The notes beneath the pieces were generated by a model. It made no database searches. It was not told the DNA's origin and saw only the letters and a program-made list of their open reading frames with translations. This document shows, piece by piece, positions 44,229 through 62,691 of a DNA stretch of 64,000 bases (the stretch's first letter is position 1; the number at the start of each line of letters is the position of its first letter). Both the position numbers and the translations under genes were made by a program. Location of the stretch: the NCBI RefSeq assembly GCF_009914755.1, contig NC_060932.1, one strand, 5' to 3'. The DNA comes from the human T2T-CHM13v2.0 reference genome, Homo sapiens.

Positions 44229-46256
44229 CTAAGGACAGGCCAGGGCGGCGGGAGAGGCGGACCGGTGGCGTGGCTGGATCTGGGCGCGCTGTCGGACCTT
44301 CCACATCACCAGCTGCAGGCAGGCGTTTGCGTCCTCGCTGGAGTTGTGGCCGTCCTGGCTGTCCTGGATGATCTGTGCCAGGTAGTCGGCCGCGAGATTC
44401 CTGAGGGAGCGCTTGTAGGGGAAACCCAGGTAGTGCGGGAAGAGCACGGCCGTGTCCACCACGGTGCTGTGGATGAGCTTCAGGGCCAGCAGGTCGCTCT
44501 CCAGGCTGTGCCCGATGAGGATGGTTTGGGCGCTGAAAAAGCTCAGCAGGATGGCTTGGACTTGGGGCAACGTGATGCTCGTCTTGGCGACGTCGGCCTC
44601 GGTGACTCCGGAAAACCTGGTGTTGTAGTCCACGATCTCGTTGTCGGGCTTGACGAAGGTGTCGTACACCACTCGCATGTCGGCGTCCACCACGGTGACG
44701 CGGGTCAGCTCTAGGCCATGCGTGGTGTAGCACATCTCACAGTCCAAGGCGTAGATTCCTGGATAAGCGTCTCTGGACAACTCTTTCTTGAAGGTCTCCA
44801 CGAAGCCATCGAGGCTCTCCTTGCGGCCGTCCCGCACGTGCTGCTTTGCCACCTGGCAGCCCACAGAGCCAGGAGCAGCTGCACAGCAGGTGTACTGGCT
44901 AACCCGGCCTCCAGCCACCTGGCTCGAGCGGACCCGCCCCCAGTGATAATAACACAACTGGTCGCGTACACAGCGGCCCGAGGAGGACACCAGGTACTCG
45001 GTGCCACAACGGCAGCAGACCCTGCAGGAGGAGTCGCCGGGCCCCTTCCCCTGGCCAGTGAAGAGGACGGCGCCTCCGGGCCGCTCGGGGTGCGGGAAGG
45101 GGTAGCCGTTCTCCTTGAGCTGGTCCTGGGTGAGCAGGAACTCCTGGAGGCGGCTGTACAGGGCGGCCCTGCTGAGGCCGGGCATGGAGCTGGGGGTCAG
45201 GCCCTTCAGTCTCTTGAGGGTGCTCAGGACCACGTTCAGGTACCTGTTCTTGTTGGGGCTGCAGTCGTAGGCCACCTTCTCCTCGTTCAGCGCCTTCTCC
45301 TCGGCCTCCTGCTTGGAGGCGCAGAACTTGAGACACTCTTCGGTGAACAGTTGGAGATAGCCTCGGCGGAGGACGGTGGGGACTTGGCACCCAGAGCTTC
45401 GGAGGATAATGGGTTTCTTCAAACTCAAACTCGGTAAGGATGCACGACGGACGATTCGCTTAGAGCTGGTGGTGGCGGTGGTCTTGCATGCCATCCCTGA
45501 CCTGTTGCGCGTCTTCCCTGGCTGTCTGCCGACCTTGGAGCCACGGGAGCGTTGGCTGCTGCTGGCCACCCGGGTTCTCTTGGCATCTGTGTAACCTGTG
45601 ACCAAGCAAGGGCTGGAAGAGTGGGCGATCGTCTTCCTCTTCCTGGGGGCTGAGATGCGGACTCCCGAGGGCCTCTCTGTCAGCCTTGGGGCGGCTGGCA
45701 AGCGGCAGGCCGATCCCCTCTGCGCAGGGAAGTAGCACGACTCCGTCACCATCTTGGGCCACGCTGGGGGCACCGCCGGACCCCTGTTCTGGGGCTCCGC
45801 CTGGATGTCCACAAATGCTGAGGCCTGCTTGTGCATCTGGGGCACCCAGAGCCCGAAGCTCTGGGCAGGCTGATGAGAGGGCAGTGGGAATTCTGGAGCC
45901 TCGAGGGCCGCCTCCTCGGCCACCTTCTTAGCTTCTGGGTATCCAGGTGGGAACCAGCAGGGAGCTGTGGCTCGCAACATCTTGCTGCCTTCGGGAGCAC
46001 CGGCCGGGCTCTGCTCCGCTCCCAAATGGCGGCTTGCCTCCGGGGCCGCCTCCTTGGCCACCTTCTTAGCTTCTGGGTATCCAGGGCGGAACCAGCAGGG
46101 AGCTGTGGCTCGCAACATCTTGCTGCCTTCGGGAGCACCGGCCTGGCTCTGCTCCCCTCCCAAATGGCGGCTTGCCTCCAGGGCCGCCTCCTCGGCCACC
46201 TTCTTAGCTTCTGGGTATCCAGGGGGGAACCAGCAGGGAGCTGTGGCTCGCAACAT
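44229..46256 (-). CDS. REXO1L1: REXO1-like (GOR) exonuclease retrogene, copy 3; 675 aa
   Basis: Same motifs; three N-terminal repeats; LPSLSLKK allele. Confidence 0.92.
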   Translation of the reverse strand: MLRATAPCWFPPGYPEAKKVAEEAALEASRHLGGEQSQAGAPEGSKMLRATAPCWFRPGYPEAKKVAKEAAPEASRHLGAEQSPAGAPEGSKMLRATAPCWFPPGYPEAKKVAEEAALEAPEFPLPSHQPAQSFGLWVPQMHKQASAFVDIQAEPQNRGPAVPPAWPKMVTESCYFPAQRGSACRLPAAPRLTERPSGVRISAPRKRKTIAHSSSPCLVTGYTDAKRTRVASSSQRSRGSKVGRQPGKTRNRSGMACKTTATTSSKRIVRRASLPSLSLKKPIILRSSGCQVPTVLRRGYLQLFTEECLKFCASKQEAEEKALNEEKVAYDCSPNKNRYLNVVLSTLKRLKGLTPSSMPGLSRAALYSRLQEFLLTQDQLKENGYPFPHPERPGGAVLFTGQGKGPGDSSCRVCCRCGTEYLVSSSGRCVRDQLCYYHWGRVRSSQVAGGRVSQYTCCAAAPGSVGCQVAKQHVRDGRKESLDGFVETFKKELSRDAYPGIYALDCEMCYTTHGLELTRVTVVDADMRVVYDTFVKPDNEIVDYNTRFSGVTEADVAKTSITLPQVQAILLSFFSAQTILIGHSLESDLLALKLIHSTVVDTAVLFPHYLGFPYKRSLRNLAADYLAQIIQDSQDGHNSSEDANACLQLVMWKVRQRAQIQPRHRSASPAALACP

Positions 46257-46341
46257 CTTGCTGCCTTCGGGAGCACCGGCCTGGCTCTGCTCCTCTCCCA
46301 ACTGGCGGCTTCAATGAGTGCTGCGGCCGCCACTTGTCGCC

Positions 46342-46590
46342 TTTATATAGGCACAGGGCAGACTGGGTGGGACTTCTCCTTGATAGGTTGGTGCTTCAGT
46401 CCAATCACACTGAGCCTCATCTTCCACCAGACTCCAGCTTGGGAATGCCTCAGGGGGTGCGCTAATGGAATCAACTGGAACTCCCGGTTGCTAAACTTGG
46501 AGCTAGGTTGCTTTTCCTGAGTTAAGTAACTGTCCCTGCAGGGCAGTCCTATAATGGCTACTGGAATTGGGCTACCTAGGATTAAATTAA
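46342..46590 (-). promoter_or_regulatory. Candidate core promoter of copy 3
   Basis: Same TATA/CCAAT arrangement. Confidence 0.6.
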
Positions 46591-46794
46591 GGTTCAGGGA
46601 GGTTGGTCAACTTGCTTGGGCCCACACAGCACCCCTTGGAGCCAGGACTGGGCCAGCAGTCTGCTGCATGCTGGAGGGCGGGATCCCTCTGGGGCTGCCT
46701 TTCCCTGCTCTGTGCACTCCGCCGCTGCGGGCAAATTGAGGACAGGAAGCGGACCGCACCCACTTCTCTCCCAGGACTTGGGCAATGTTCAACA

Positions 46795-47682
46795 CAGGTG
46801 GTCTTCCAAAGGTTCATAGAAAATGCACATGGTGAAGAAACGATGCATGGATTTCCACTGGTTTGCACTAAAATAAACTTGTCCTAACTTCTGATAACCT
46901 TTCTGAACTAGATCTAGTTTGAGGCACTAAGAAGGATGAGACATCCACTGAAAAGGACTCCCGTCAGAGCAACATGAATTCCACGAAAATTGCAGCAAGA
47001 GGAAACATCAAATTTATGGTGAAGCTTGGGTGGAAGATTGAAGAAATCATTGACGTTTTAAGAAAAGCTTGCAAGGACACTACCCCAAAGAAATGAACTC
47101 TTTACGAATGTATAGCTTGTTTCAAGAAGAGGTGAGAAGATGTGGAAGATGAATCCTTCAGTGGCTGTGAAAACCACTGTGCCCAGATCAGCTGCAGTTA
47201 CGACGAGAGCTATCAGTGGAAATTTTAAACAGGAGGGATCACGATCCTGACGCATCCCTCTGACAAATTGTAAGCGGAAGTTGGAACATGGCTTCACCAA
47301 TATGATCTCCAAGGCAAAGTATCATGAAAGCGATGGCTACCAAGAGGTGGCAGTGGTCCAGTCAAAGGAAAAGGAGGCCAGTCAGGAGCCCACATCATGG
47401 CATCAGTGTTTTGGGACACTCAAGGCATTTTGCTTGTTGACTTTCTGAAAGGCCAAACATCTGCTTATTAGGAGAGTGTTCTGAGAAGCTTAGATAAAGC
47501 TTTGGTAGAAACATGCTGGGAAAGTCTCACTAGATCCTTGTTCACCACATCAATGCTCTGCTCATTCCTCTCATCAAACAAGGGCAATTTTGTCAGTTTC
47601 AATGGGCAGTCCTTAGGAATTCACCTTACGGGCTGCTTTCATTCCTTCTAAATTCTTTTTGTTTCCTAATGATAAAAAGTCT
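46795..47682 (+). mobile_element. Hsmar2 mariner relic (unit copy)
   Basis: Offset copy. Confidence 0.88.
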
Positions 47683-49826
47683 CCTTGCCTTGCTTGGAAA
47701 GATGAGAGAAAGTCTCCTTGCCTTGTTTGGACAGATGAGAGATGAGATCCTCCTCTTCTCTCCCAGGACAGAATGGTGAGACTTGAGTTTCCTTTCTCCT
47801 CACTCTTCTCCTCCTTGAGGGAGCTGCTGTGCCGGACAGACCTGCCCCCGTGTCTAGACACTGGTAGACTCGTTTAAGTTCCTCACAGGCAATCCTCCAT
47901 GGGGTCAAAGTGGAAGGACTTATTTCTTCAGGGCTCAGTAGTCCACATCCTGGCGCGCACCTTCACCAGCCCAGGGCGGGGTAGAGGAGGGTGAAAGGGC
48001 GTGGCTCAGAGCCCGCTTCTTCCGCTCGGGCGTATCCTGGGAGGAACCCTTGTCCGGTGAGCATGTCTTCGTCTCTACCAAATTCCCTAGTGGGACATTT
48101 CTGGCAGCCCTACTTGTTCAGCAGCTTACGGGGGTCAGGTGGACCTCTGCTAGTCACCAGCCTGAAGCCCTTTCTCCATTTCAGCTATTTTGGCAGTTGC
48201 CTAGGTGACTTTTGAACCTCATTATCCAGAACAGCAAACGGACGAGGGGTGAGAAGAGTGGCCGTCTGGGTTTGCAGCATAGTGCTGCCTTCTAGGAGTT
48301 GTGCAGTCTTCGATTGTGTGAAACTTCACCTGGCTGATTTGTGGCAATGCCTCCACAAATTCGCTAAATTCAGTAGCTTTCGCCTTCCAAGATTCATTTA
48401 CACAATGTTGAATGCTTTAAATGAATGAGCATGAAGAGTGCTGGGCTGGAAAGTGATGAGATGGTTGGTAGGGACTCCTCGGAGTAGAGGAGTAGAGTTT
48501 TACTATTATGACTAGGAGGCAAATAAAAAGAAGCTGAACGTGATCCATAATAAAAGAAGCACACACTCACAGAGCTCCATACCAACTACATTAAAATGGA
48601 AATCATGATATTTGGAAATACAACTTAATTGGAAATCATTAAGTAATCTCATCAACCTTTTTACAGTGGGTGGCAGGGCTATGGAGGGAAAACAGCAATG
48701 GTTCTGGCACCTACTTAACTTGATTCCATTAAATTCACCCAACAGGCCTCCAGAGAAGATATTACTGCTTTGATATTACAAAGGGAAAAACAGCTATGGC
48801 GTCTCTGAAAAGCGCAACGTGCTAGGACTGGAATGACTTTAAAACCACACATAAATTTCTGAGAGATTTTTGCCATAAGGTACCATCCACCTTACTGTAA
48901 ACCACATCCTAAAATTGTCTGCAGTGCAAATGGATTATGTGCATCCAACAGGAAACAGCATAGGTTGAGAAGCTGTTACTTAATAGCTTCATTGTCACCA
49001 CGAGTGTAAAGTGTGGGGTCTCATCACTTTTGCACCCACGTTTTGCCTGTTGGTTTCTCCACACTGTCAGGAGCATTTGACCAACTCACTGTGGCTCAGG
49101 GTCCCTTACGCAGCCTGTTGGGGAAACCAGTGGGTATTGAAGACCTGCCTCTGGTGTGCCAGGAGGTTGTGCCTGCCGGCCACTCTGACTTGCGATCTTC
49201 CGCCTCAGTGTATGGCTTCCTACACCTGGGTAATTAACATTGCCAGCATGATAAGGAGGTCCTTTCATCACTATTGCCACTAGTCCTTCCGACTCCTGTG
49301 CCCTGTTTCTCCTTTATTGGAACCCAAGAACGAGTAAACATAGTATTTTCAAACATCCCGCCCCCTTCCCTGGTAACACCAATATTCCACCATCCTAATT
49401 CCCTCACAAGCATTCAGTCTCTCCACCCTGAGGTGGTGAAATCCCTGCAGGCATTTATAAGTATACCTGGACAGAAGAAATACAAGATACCGTTCTATTA
49501 ACTCAATATAGTGTTGCTAAGTTCGTACTTGTGCTTGTTTTATTTTATTTTATAAATAGGTATCACTCGCATGGTTCCAAATGCGGTAGGCACAGAGAGA
49601 GTATATGATGGAATTACATCCTCCTTCCCTGCACTCAGCAACCGAGATCTTCCCGCTACGGGCACTCAAAGGTTTCATTGTCTGAAATATCAGCCTAAAC
49701 GTAGTTTATGTTTAGGAAGCAACAACCGCAAATCGTCCCACATCCAAACGGAGTGGATTTAGTTTTCACTTTTTCAAGGAAAAACCATCAAAGAATTTTT
49801 CCACATACTAAAAAACCATCCCACGT

Positions 49827-50501
49827 TTTTTGTGTCTCTATCTCCTTCAGTCCTGCTCAGATCTTAGTTATTTCTTGCCTTCTGCTAGCTTTTGAATGTG
49901 TTTGCTCTTGCTTCTCTCATCCTTTTAATGGTGATGTTAGGGTATGCATTTTTGATCTTTCCTGCTTTCCCTTGTGGGCATTTAGTGCTATAAATTTCCC
50001 TCTACACACTGCTTTAAATGTGTCCCAGAGATTCTGGTATGTTGTGTCTTTGTTCTCATTGCTTTCAGAGAATATCTTTATTTCTGCCTTCATTTCGTTA
50101 TGTACCCAGTACTCATTCAGGAGCAGCTTGTCCGGTTTCCATGAAGTTGAGCGGTTTTGAGTGAGTTTCTCAATCCTGAGGTCTAGTGTGATTGCAATGT
50201 GGTCTGAGAGACCGTTTGTAATAATTTCTGTTATTTTACTTTTACTGAGGAGTGCTTTACTTCCAACTATGTGGTCAATGTGGAAATAAGTGTGATGTGG
50301 TGCTGAGAAGAATGTATATTCTGTTGATTTGGGGTGGAGCGTTCTGTAGATGTCTCCTAGGTCCGCTTGGTGCAGAGCTGAGTTCAATTCCCGGATATCC
50401 TTTTTTAACTTTCTGTCTCGTTGGTGTGTCTAATGTTGACAGTGGGGTGTTAAGTTTGCCATTATTATTATTATTACTATGTGGGAGTCTAAGTCTCTTT
50501 T
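49827..50501 (-). mobile_element. L1PA ORF2 endonuclease-region remnant in short unit
   Basis: Same junction as at 42989. Confidence 0.93.
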
Positions 50502-51065
50502 GATCACACTTTAAAGACCAAAAGGTAGAAGCGCAAAGACGTTATCTGTCCAATATTACAAACCTAGTAAGTGGTGGAATTTGGCCTTGAACCCAGATCT
50601 GTAACTCCAGAGCCGAAGTGCTTCACCCACCTCCCTGTGGTGCCTCTACAGAAAAAGAGGTAAGCAGGCATTCCGAAAGCTGGTGGGCCGGGGGGCTGGC
50701 CTTGTACTCAGAAGCCATGGAAGTCCCACGTGGGGTGGCTAGTGGTGTAAGGACAGAGGTCTCGGATGGGCAGAGGGATGTGGACAGGCGCGAGGGCGCG
50801 CGGCAGGGACTCGGGGGACTGGGAGTGGCGGCTCGGGGCTGCGGGAGGCGATTGGTGGAAGGACAGAGGTCTGGGAGGGGCAGAGGGATGTGGACAGGCC
50901 CGAGGGGCCGCGGCAGGGATTCCGGGGGACCGGGAGTGGGGGGTTGGGGTTACTCTTGGCTTTTTGCCCTCTCCTGCCGCCGGCTGCTCCAGTTTCTTTC
51001 GCTTTGCGGCGAGGTGGGCAGGGTGAGCTCTCGGGACTGATGGCGGTTTTGGAAGAGGCCTGGGG

Positions 51066-53093
51066 CTAAGGACAGGCCAGGGCGGCGGGAGAGGCGGACC
51101 GGTGGCGTGGCTGGATCTGGGCGCGCTGTCGGACCTTCCACATCACCAGCTGCAGGCAGGCGTTTGCGTCCTCGCTGGAGTTGTGGCCGTCCTGGCTGTC
51201 CTGGATGATCTGTGCCAGGTAGTCGGCCGCGAGATTCCTGAGGGAGCGCTTGTAGGGGAAACCCAGGTAGTGCGGGAAGAGCACGGCCGTGTCCACCACG
51301 GTGCTGTGGATGAGCTTCAGGGCCAGCAGGTCGCTCTCCAGGCTGTGCCCGATGAGGATGGTTTGGGCGCTGAAAAAGCTCAGCAGGATGGCTTGGACTT
51401 GGGGCAACGTGATGCTCGTCTTGGCGACGTCGGCCTCGGTGACTCCGGAAAACCTGGTGTTGTAGTCCACGATCTCGTTGTCGGGCTTGACGAAGGTGTC
51501 GTACACCACTCGCATGTCGGCGTCCACCACGGTGACGCGGGTCAGCTCTAGGCCATGCGTGGTGTAGCACATCTCACAGTCCAAGGCGTAGATTCCTGGA
51601 TAAGCGTCTCTGGACAACTCTTTCTTGAAGGTCTCCACGAAGCCATCGAGGCTCTCCTTGCGGCCGTCCCGCACGTGCTGCTTTGCCACCTGGCAGCCCA
51701 CAGAGCCAGGAGCAGCTGCACAGCAGGTGTACTGGCTAACCCGGCCTCCAGCCACCTGGCTCGAGCGGACCCGCCCCCAGTGATAATAACACAACTGGTC
51801 GCGTACACAGCGGCCCGAGGAGGACACCAGGTACTCGGTGCCACAACGGCAGCAGACCCTGCAGGAGGAGTCGCCGGGCCCCTTCCCCTGGCCAGTGAAG
51901 AGGACGGCGCCTCCGGGCCGCTCGGGGTGCGGGAAGGGGTAGCCGTTCTCCTTGAGCTGGTCCTGGGTGAGCAGGAACTCCTGGAGGCGGCTGTACAGGG
52001 CGGCCCTGCTGAGGCCGGGCATGGAGCTGGGGGTCAGGCCCTTCAGTCTCTTGAGGGTGCTCAGGACCACGTTCAGGTACCTGTTCTTGTTGGGGCTGCA
52101 GTCGTAGGCCACCTTCTCCTCGTTCAGCGCCTTCTCCTCGGCCTCCTGCTTGGAGGCGCAGAACTTGAGACACTCTTCGGTGAACAGTTGGAGATAGCCT
52201 CGGCGGAGGACGGTGGGGACTTGGCACCCAGAGCTTCGGAGGATAATGGGTTTCTTCAAACTCAAACTCGGTAAGGATGCACGACGGACGATTCGCTTAG
52301 AGCTGGTGGTGGCGGTGGTCTTGCATGCCATCCCTGACCTGTTGCGCGTCTTCCCTGGCTGTCTGCCGACCTTGGAGCCACGGGAGCGTTGGCTGCTGCT
52401 GGCCACCCGGGTTCTCTTGGCATCTGTGTAACCTGTGACCAAGCAAGGGCTGGAAGAGTGGGCGATCGTCTTCCTCTTCCTGGGGGCTGAGATGCGGACT
52501 CCCGAGGGCCTCTCTGTCAGCCTTGGGGCGGCTGGCAAGCGGCAGGCCGATCCCCTCTGCGCAGGGAAGTAGCACGACTCCGTCACCATCTTGGGCCACG
52601 CTGGGGGCACCGCCGGACCCCTGTTCTGGGGCTCCGCCTGGATGTCCACAAATGCTGAGGCCTGCTTGTGCATCTGGGGCACCCAGAGCCCGAAGCTCTG
52701 GGCAGGCTGATGAGAGGGCAGTGGGAATTCTGGAGCCTCGAGGGCCGCCTCCTCGGCCACCTTCTTAGCTTCTGGGTATCCAGGTGGGAACCAGCAGGGA
52801 GCTGTGGCTCGCAACATCTTGCTGCCTTCGGGAGCACCGGCCGGGCTCTGCTCCGCTCCCAAATGGCGGCTTGCCTCCGGGGCCGCCTCCTTGGCCACCT
52901 TCTTAGCTTCTGGGTATCCAGGGCGGAACCAGCAGGGAGCTGTGGCTCGCAACATCTTGCTGCCTTCGGGAGCACCGGCCTGGCTCTGCTCCCCTCCCAA
53001 ATGGCGGCTTGCCTCCAGGGCCGCCTCCTCGGCCACCTTCTTAGCTTCTGGGTATCCAGGGGGGAACCAGCAGGGAGCTGTGGCTCGCAACAT
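51066..53093 (-). CDS. REXO1L1: REXO1-like (GOR) exonuclease retrogene, copy 4; 675 aa
   Basis: Translation identical to copy 3. Confidence 0.92.
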   Translation of the reverse strand: MLRATAPCWFPPGYPEAKKVAEEAALEASRHLGGEQSQAGAPEGSKMLRATAPCWFRPGYPEAKKVAKEAAPEASRHLGAEQSPAGAPEGSKMLRATAPCWFPPGYPEAKKVAEEAALEAPEFPLPSHQPAQSFGLWVPQMHKQASAFVDIQAEPQNRGPAVPPAWPKMVTESCYFPAQRGSACRLPAAPRLTERPSGVRISAPRKRKTIAHSSSPCLVTGYTDAKRTRVASSSQRSRGSKVGRQPGKTRNRSGMACKTTATTSSKRIVRRASLPSLSLKKPIILRSSGCQVPTVLRRGYLQLFTEECLKFCASKQEAEEKALNEEKVAYDCSPNKNRYLNVVLSTLKRLKGLTPSSMPGLSRAALYSRLQEFLLTQDQLKENGYPFPHPERPGGAVLFTGQGKGPGDSSCRVCCRCGTEYLVSSSGRCVRDQLCYYHWGRVRSSQVAGGRVSQYTCCAAAPGSVGCQVAKQHVRDGRKESLDGFVETFKKELSRDAYPGIYALDCEMCYTTHGLELTRVTVVDADMRVVYDTFVKPDNEIVDYNTRFSGVTEADVAKTSITLPQVQAILLSFFSAQTILIGHSLESDLLALKLIHSTVVDTAVLFPHYLGFPYKRSLRNLAADYLAQIIQDSQDGHNSSEDANACLQLVMWKVRQRAQIQPRHRSASPAALACP

Positions 53094-53178
53094 CTTGCTG
53101 CCTTCGGGAGCACCGGCCTGGCTCTGCTCCTCTCCCAACTGGCGGCTTCAATGAGTGCTGCGGCCGCCACTTGTCGCC

Positions 53179-53427
53179 TTTATATAGGCACAGGGCAGAC
53201 TGGGTGGGACTTCTCCTTGATAGGTTGGTGCTTCAGTCCAATCACACTGAGCCTCATCTTCCACCAGACTCCAGCTTGGGAATGCCTCAGGGGGTGCGCT
53301 AATGGAATCAACTGGAACTCCCGGTTGCTAAACTTGGAGCTAGGTTGCTTTTCCTGAGTTAAGTAACTGTCCCTGCAGGGCAGTCCTATAATGGCTACTG
53401 GAATTGGGCTACCTAGGATTAAATTAA
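53179..53427 (-). promoter_or_regulatory. Candidate core promoter of copy 4
   Basis: Same TATA/CCAAT arrangement. Confidence 0.6.
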
Positions 53428-53631
53428 GGTTCAGGGAGGTTGGTCAACTTGCTTGGGCCCACACAGCACCCCTTGGAGCCAGGACTGGGCCAGCAGTCTG
53501 CTGCATGCTGGAGGGCGGGATCCCTCTGGGGCTGCCTTTCCCTGCTCTGTGCACTCCGCCGCTGCGGGCAAATTGAGGACAGGAAGCGGACCGCACCCAC
53601 TTCTCTCCCAGGACTTGGGCAATGTTCAACA

Positions 53632-54519
53632 CAGGTGGTCTTCCAAAGGTTCATAGAAAATGCACATGGTGAAGAAACGATGCATGGATTTCCACTGGTT
53701 TGCACTAAAATAAACTTGTCCTAACTTCTGATAACCTTTCTGAACTAGATCTAGTTTGAGGCACTAAGAAGGATGAGACATCCACTGAAAAGGACTCCCG
53801 TCAGAGCAACATGAATTCCACGAAAATTGCAGCAAGAGGAAACATCAAATTTATGGTGAAGCTTGGGTGGAAGATTGAAGAAATCATTGACGTTTTAAGA
53901 AAAGCTTGCAAGGACACTACCCCAAAGAAATGAACTCTTTACGAATGTATAGCTTGTTTCAAGAAGAGGTGAGAAGATGTGGAAGATGAATCCTTCAGTG
54001 GCTGTGAAAACCACTGTGCCCAGATCAGCTGCAGTTACGACGAGAGCTATCAGTGGAAATTTTAAACAGGAGGGATCACGATCCTGACGCATCCCTCTGA
54101 CAAATTGTAAGCGGAAGTTGGAACATGGCTTCACCAATATGATCTCCAAGGCAAAGTATCATGAAAGCGATGGCTACCAAGAGGTGGCAGTGGTCCAGTC
54201 AAAGGAAAAGGAGGCCAGTCAGGAGCCCACATCATGGCATCAGTGTTTTGGGACACTCAAGGCATTTTGCTTGTTGACTTTCTGAAAGGCCAAACATCTG
54301 CTTATTAGGAGAGTGTTCTGAGAAGCTTAGATAAAGCTTTGGTAGAAACATGCTGGGAAAGTCTCACTAGATCCTTGTTCACCACATCAATGCTCTGCTC
54401 ATTCCTCTCATCAAACAAGGGCAATTTTGTCAGTTTCAATGGGCAGTCCTTAGGAATTCACCTTACGGGCTGCTTTCATTCCTTCTAAATTCTTTTTGTT
54501 TCCTAATGATAAAAAGTCT
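53632..54519 (+). mobile_element. Hsmar2 mariner relic (unit copy)
   Basis: Offset copy. Confidence 0.88.
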
Positions 54520-56958
54520 CCTTGCCTTGCTTGGAAAGATGAGAGAAAGTCTCCTTGCCTTGTTTGGACAGATGAGAGATGAGATCCTCCTCTTCTCTCC
54601 CAGGACAGAATGGTGAGACTTGAGTTTCCTTTCTCCTCACTCTTCTCCTCCTTGAGGGAGCTGCTGTGCCGGACAGACCTGCCCCCGTGTCTAGACACTG
54701 GTAGACTCGTTTAAGTTCCTCACAGGCAATCCTCCATGGGGTCAAAGTGGAAGGACTTATTTCTTCAGGGCTCAGTAGTCCACATCCTGGCGCGCACCTT
54801 CACCAGCCCAGGGCGGGGTAGAGGAGGGTGAAAGGGCGTGGCTCAGAGCCCGCTTCTTCCGCTCGGGCGTATCCTGGGAGGAACCCTTGTCCGGTGAGCA
54901 TGTCTTCGTCTCTACCAAATTCCCTAGTGGGACATTTCTGGCAGCCCTACTTGTTCAGCAGCTTACGGGGGTCAGGTGGACCTCTGCTAGTCACCAGCCT
55001 GAAGCCCTTTCTCCATTTCAGCTATTTTGGCAGTTGCCTAGGTGACTTTTGAACCTCATTATCCAGAACAGCAAACGGACGAGGGGTGAGAAGAGTGGCC
55101 GTCTGGGTTTGCAGCATAGTGCTGCCTTCTAGGAGTTGTGCAGTCTTCGATTGTGTGAAACTTCACCTGGCTGATTTGTGGCAATGCCTCCACAAATTCG
55201 CTAAATTCAGTAGCTTTCGCCTTCCAAGATTCATTTACACAATGTTGAATGCTTTAAATGAATGAGCATGAAGAGTGCTGGGCTGGAAAGTGATGAGATG
55301 GTTGGTAGGGACTCCTCGGAGTAGAGGAGTAGAGTTTTACTATTATGACTAGGAGGCAAATAAAAAGAAGCTGAACGTGATCCATAATAAAAGAAGCACA
55401 CACTCACAGAGCTCCATACCAACTACATTAAAATGGAAATCATGATATTTGGAAATACAACTTAATTGGAAATCATTAAGTAATCTCATCAACCTTTTTA
55501 CAGTGGGTGGCAGGGCTATGGAGGGAAAACAGCAATGGTTCTGGCACCTACTTAACTTGATTCCATTAAATTCACCCAACAGGCCTCCAGAGAAGATATT
55601 ACTGCTTTGATATTACAAAGGGAAAAACAGCTATGGCGTCTCTGAAAAGCGCAACGTGCTAGGACTGGAATGACTTTAAAACCACACATAAATTTCTGAG
55701 AGATTTTTGCCATAAGGTACCATCCACCTTACTGTAAACCACATCCTAAAATTGTCTGCAGTGCAAATGGATTATGTGCATCCAACAGGAAACAGCATAG
55801 GTTGAGAAGCTGTTACTTAATAGCTTCATTGTCACCACGAGTGTAAAGTGTGGGGTCTCATCACTTTTGCACCCACGTTTTGCCTGTTGGTTTCTCCACA
55901 CTGTCAGGAGCATTTGACCAACTCACTGTGGCTCAGGGTCCCTTACGCAGCCTGTTGGGGAAACCAGTGGGTATTGAAGACCTGCCTCTGGTGTGCCAGG
56001 AGGTTGTGCCTGCCGGCCACTCTGACTTGCGATCTTCCGCCTCAGTGTATGGCTTCCTACACCTGGGTAATTAACATTGCCAGCATGATAAGGAGGTCCT
56101 TTCATCACTATTGCCACTAGTCCTTCCGACTCCTGTGCCCTGTTTCTCCTTTATTGGAACCCAAGAACGAGTAAACATAGTATTTTCAAACATCCCGCCC
56201 CCTTCCCTGGTAACACCAATATTCCACCATCCTAATTCCCTCACAAGCATTCAGTCTCTCCACCCTGAGGTGGTGAAATCCCTGCAGGCATTTATAAGTA
56301 TACCTGGACAGAAGAAATACAAGATACCGTTCTATTAACTCAATATAGTGTTGCTAAGTTCGTACTTGTGCTTGTTTTATTTTATTTTATAAATAGGTAT
56401 CACTCGCATGGTTCCAAATGCGGTAGGCACAGAGAGAGTATATGATGGAATTACATCCTCCTTCCCTGCACTCAGCAACCGAGATCTTCCCGCTACGGGC
56501 ACTCAAAGGTTTCATTGTCTGAAATATCAGCCTAAACGTAGTTTATGTTTAGGAAGCAACAACCGCAAATCGTCCCACATCCAAACGGAGTGGGTTTAGG
56601 TTTCACTTTTTCAAGGAAAAACCATCAAAGAATTTTTCCACATACTTATAAACCATCCCACGTATAGAATCCATTTTTACTGACACAAATTTAGTACCAA
56701 TAAACGACTCTTCTTCTCAATTTGTTTTATTTAACAATAAGTCTTGAACGTCATTCCCAGTTAACATTTTGAAGAGTTTCCTCTCTTTCGTTCTGTTTTA
56801 GCTGCAAAGTATTCTTCCGTAAGGATGAACGTACTATAATTTATTAGCCAGCCACTTAGTGATGTACAATTAAGCAGTTTTAAATCTTTGATTCTTGGAA
56901 ATATTGTTTCTCACACATAAATATTTCTATAAAATAAATTAGTTGAATTAGAATTGTT

Positions 56959-57172
56959 GGAGTTCAAGACCAGCCTGGCCAACATGGTGAAACCCCATCT
57001 CTACTAGAAACACAAAATTAGCCGGACATGCCGGTACATGCCTCTAATCTCAGGTGAGGCAGGAGAATCACTTCAACCTGGGAGGCAGAGGTTGTAGTGA
57101 CTCGAAATCACGCCACTGCACTCCAGCCTGGGCGACGCGAGCGAAACTCTGTCTCAAAAAACCAAAAAAAAT
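56959..57172 (+). mobile_element. 5'-truncated Alu at unit junction
   Basis: Copy of 31102-31315. Confidence 0.9.
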
Positions 57173-57299
57173 TAAACATAAAAAGAAAAGCGGTACATAT
57201 ACCCAATAGAACACAATTCAGCCTTAAAAAAGAAAGAAATCATCTCATTGGCAACACGAATGAGCCTAGAGGATGGTACACTGAGTGAAAGAAAGCAAA

Positions 57300-57602
57300 G
57301 GCCAGGCACGGTGGCTCATGCCTGTAATCCCAGTACTTTGGGAGGCCAAGGCAGGTGGAAGCGTTGAACCCAGGAGTTGGAGATGAACCTGGGCAACATG
57401 GTGAAACCCCATCTCTAAAAGAAACACAAAAATTAGCCAAGTGTGGCGTTGGACGCCTGTAGTCCTAGCTATTCAGGAGGCTGAAGCGGGAGGAACTCTC
57501 GACCCCAGGAGGTGGAGGCCGTGGTGAGTGAGCCGTGTTTGTGTCACTGTACTCCAGCCTGGGTGACAGACTGAGACCCTGTCTCAAAAAATAAATAATT
57601 AC
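57300..57602 (+). mobile_element. Alu (J-like), unit copy
   Basis: Copy of 31443-31745. Confidence 0.9.
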
Positions 57603-59019
57603 ATAATAAAGATTTAAAAAGCAAGCACAAAAAGACAAATACTGCATGATCTCACTTATATGTGCAATCTCAAACAATGCAACTCATAGCTGTAGAGAGC
57701 AGAACGGTGGTTACCCGAGGCAGGGGTCAGGGAGGGACTGGAGAGATGATAGTCTCATGATACAAAATTTCAGAGAGTAATGGTTCTAGAGATCTATTGA
57801 ACAGCCTGGCATCTACAGTGTATAAGTATGTATTGTATACTTGAAAATTGCTATAAGAGTAGATTTTAGACATGTCCTCATCACATTAAAATCAGTATGT
57901 GAGGAAACGAGTGTGTTAATTAGCTTGATTTTGTCATTCCACAATGTATACACATATGAAACATCATGTTGTATGCCATAAATATATATAATTTTTATTT
58001 GTCAAGTTAAAATTAAAATTCAGATAAATTATAAAAATAAAATGAAATAACATACACTACAAAAGACGTTTATTTATTAAATCCCCACAGAAGGCGTCTA
58101 AGTGATAAAGGAAAATAAAATTCCGGGAACGGTAAAATCAATCAGAAATGCCCTACTTCAGTGCTTTCCGAAATTTGTCTGACAGAGTGGAAATCCAGTT
58201 TTTCACTAAGTCACTGTTCTGGAACAGTTTGTGTGTGTGTATGTATGTGTGTGAGGGCTCACATACACAAATTGAACTAATGGAAGTGTAAGCATTCAAA
58301 TTATCAGTTTAATTTAGTTCTATACATATACACACACACACACTCACACACCGAAAACATTGATAAAATCAGCCATTCCAGCAAAACTAGCTACTTAGTG
58401 TCTATCTCTCCTTGAAGATTCAAACTAGAAATGAGGATTTAGAGAGGCATGATGGTTCGTTCTCTCTTGGAGCCCAGTTCGAAGTTGACTGACTGATTCA
58501 GTCATTGTAATTGGTTGGTCTTGGGGAAGAATCCACTTTGACTCTTGGGAAGTCAGCTAGGTCAGCGGACAGAGCAGGGGCTCTGGAGCCAGACTGCCTG
58601 CACCCGACTTCTAGCTATGATACCTTGGATAAACTACTTATCACCTGGGCTTCAGGTTCCTCATCTGTAAAATGGGGATAAGAATGCTATCTCTCTCACA
58701 ACTATTAGGAGGACTGACTGGGTTAATACGTGCAAAATACCAAGTACATAAGAAACCAACAGCCAGTGCTCATTACAATCATTATTATTTTGGGCAAGTT
58801 AAGCCGCATGGTTTCTTTAGGTATAAAATTAGGCTTTATTTACCTACCTGTTGGGTTGTTCCAAGGATTAATCACATAGTGTTCATGAATTCCCTTTATA
58901 AAATATTATAGAAAAGAAATATAGTTAACATTAATTGAACACCTACTATGTGCGATCGTTTTAAGGCTTGCCATGTGCTGCTTCATTCAGTCCGCACCAT
59001 GACATTAGGATCACACTTT

Positions 59020-62691
<3,672 letters not shown>
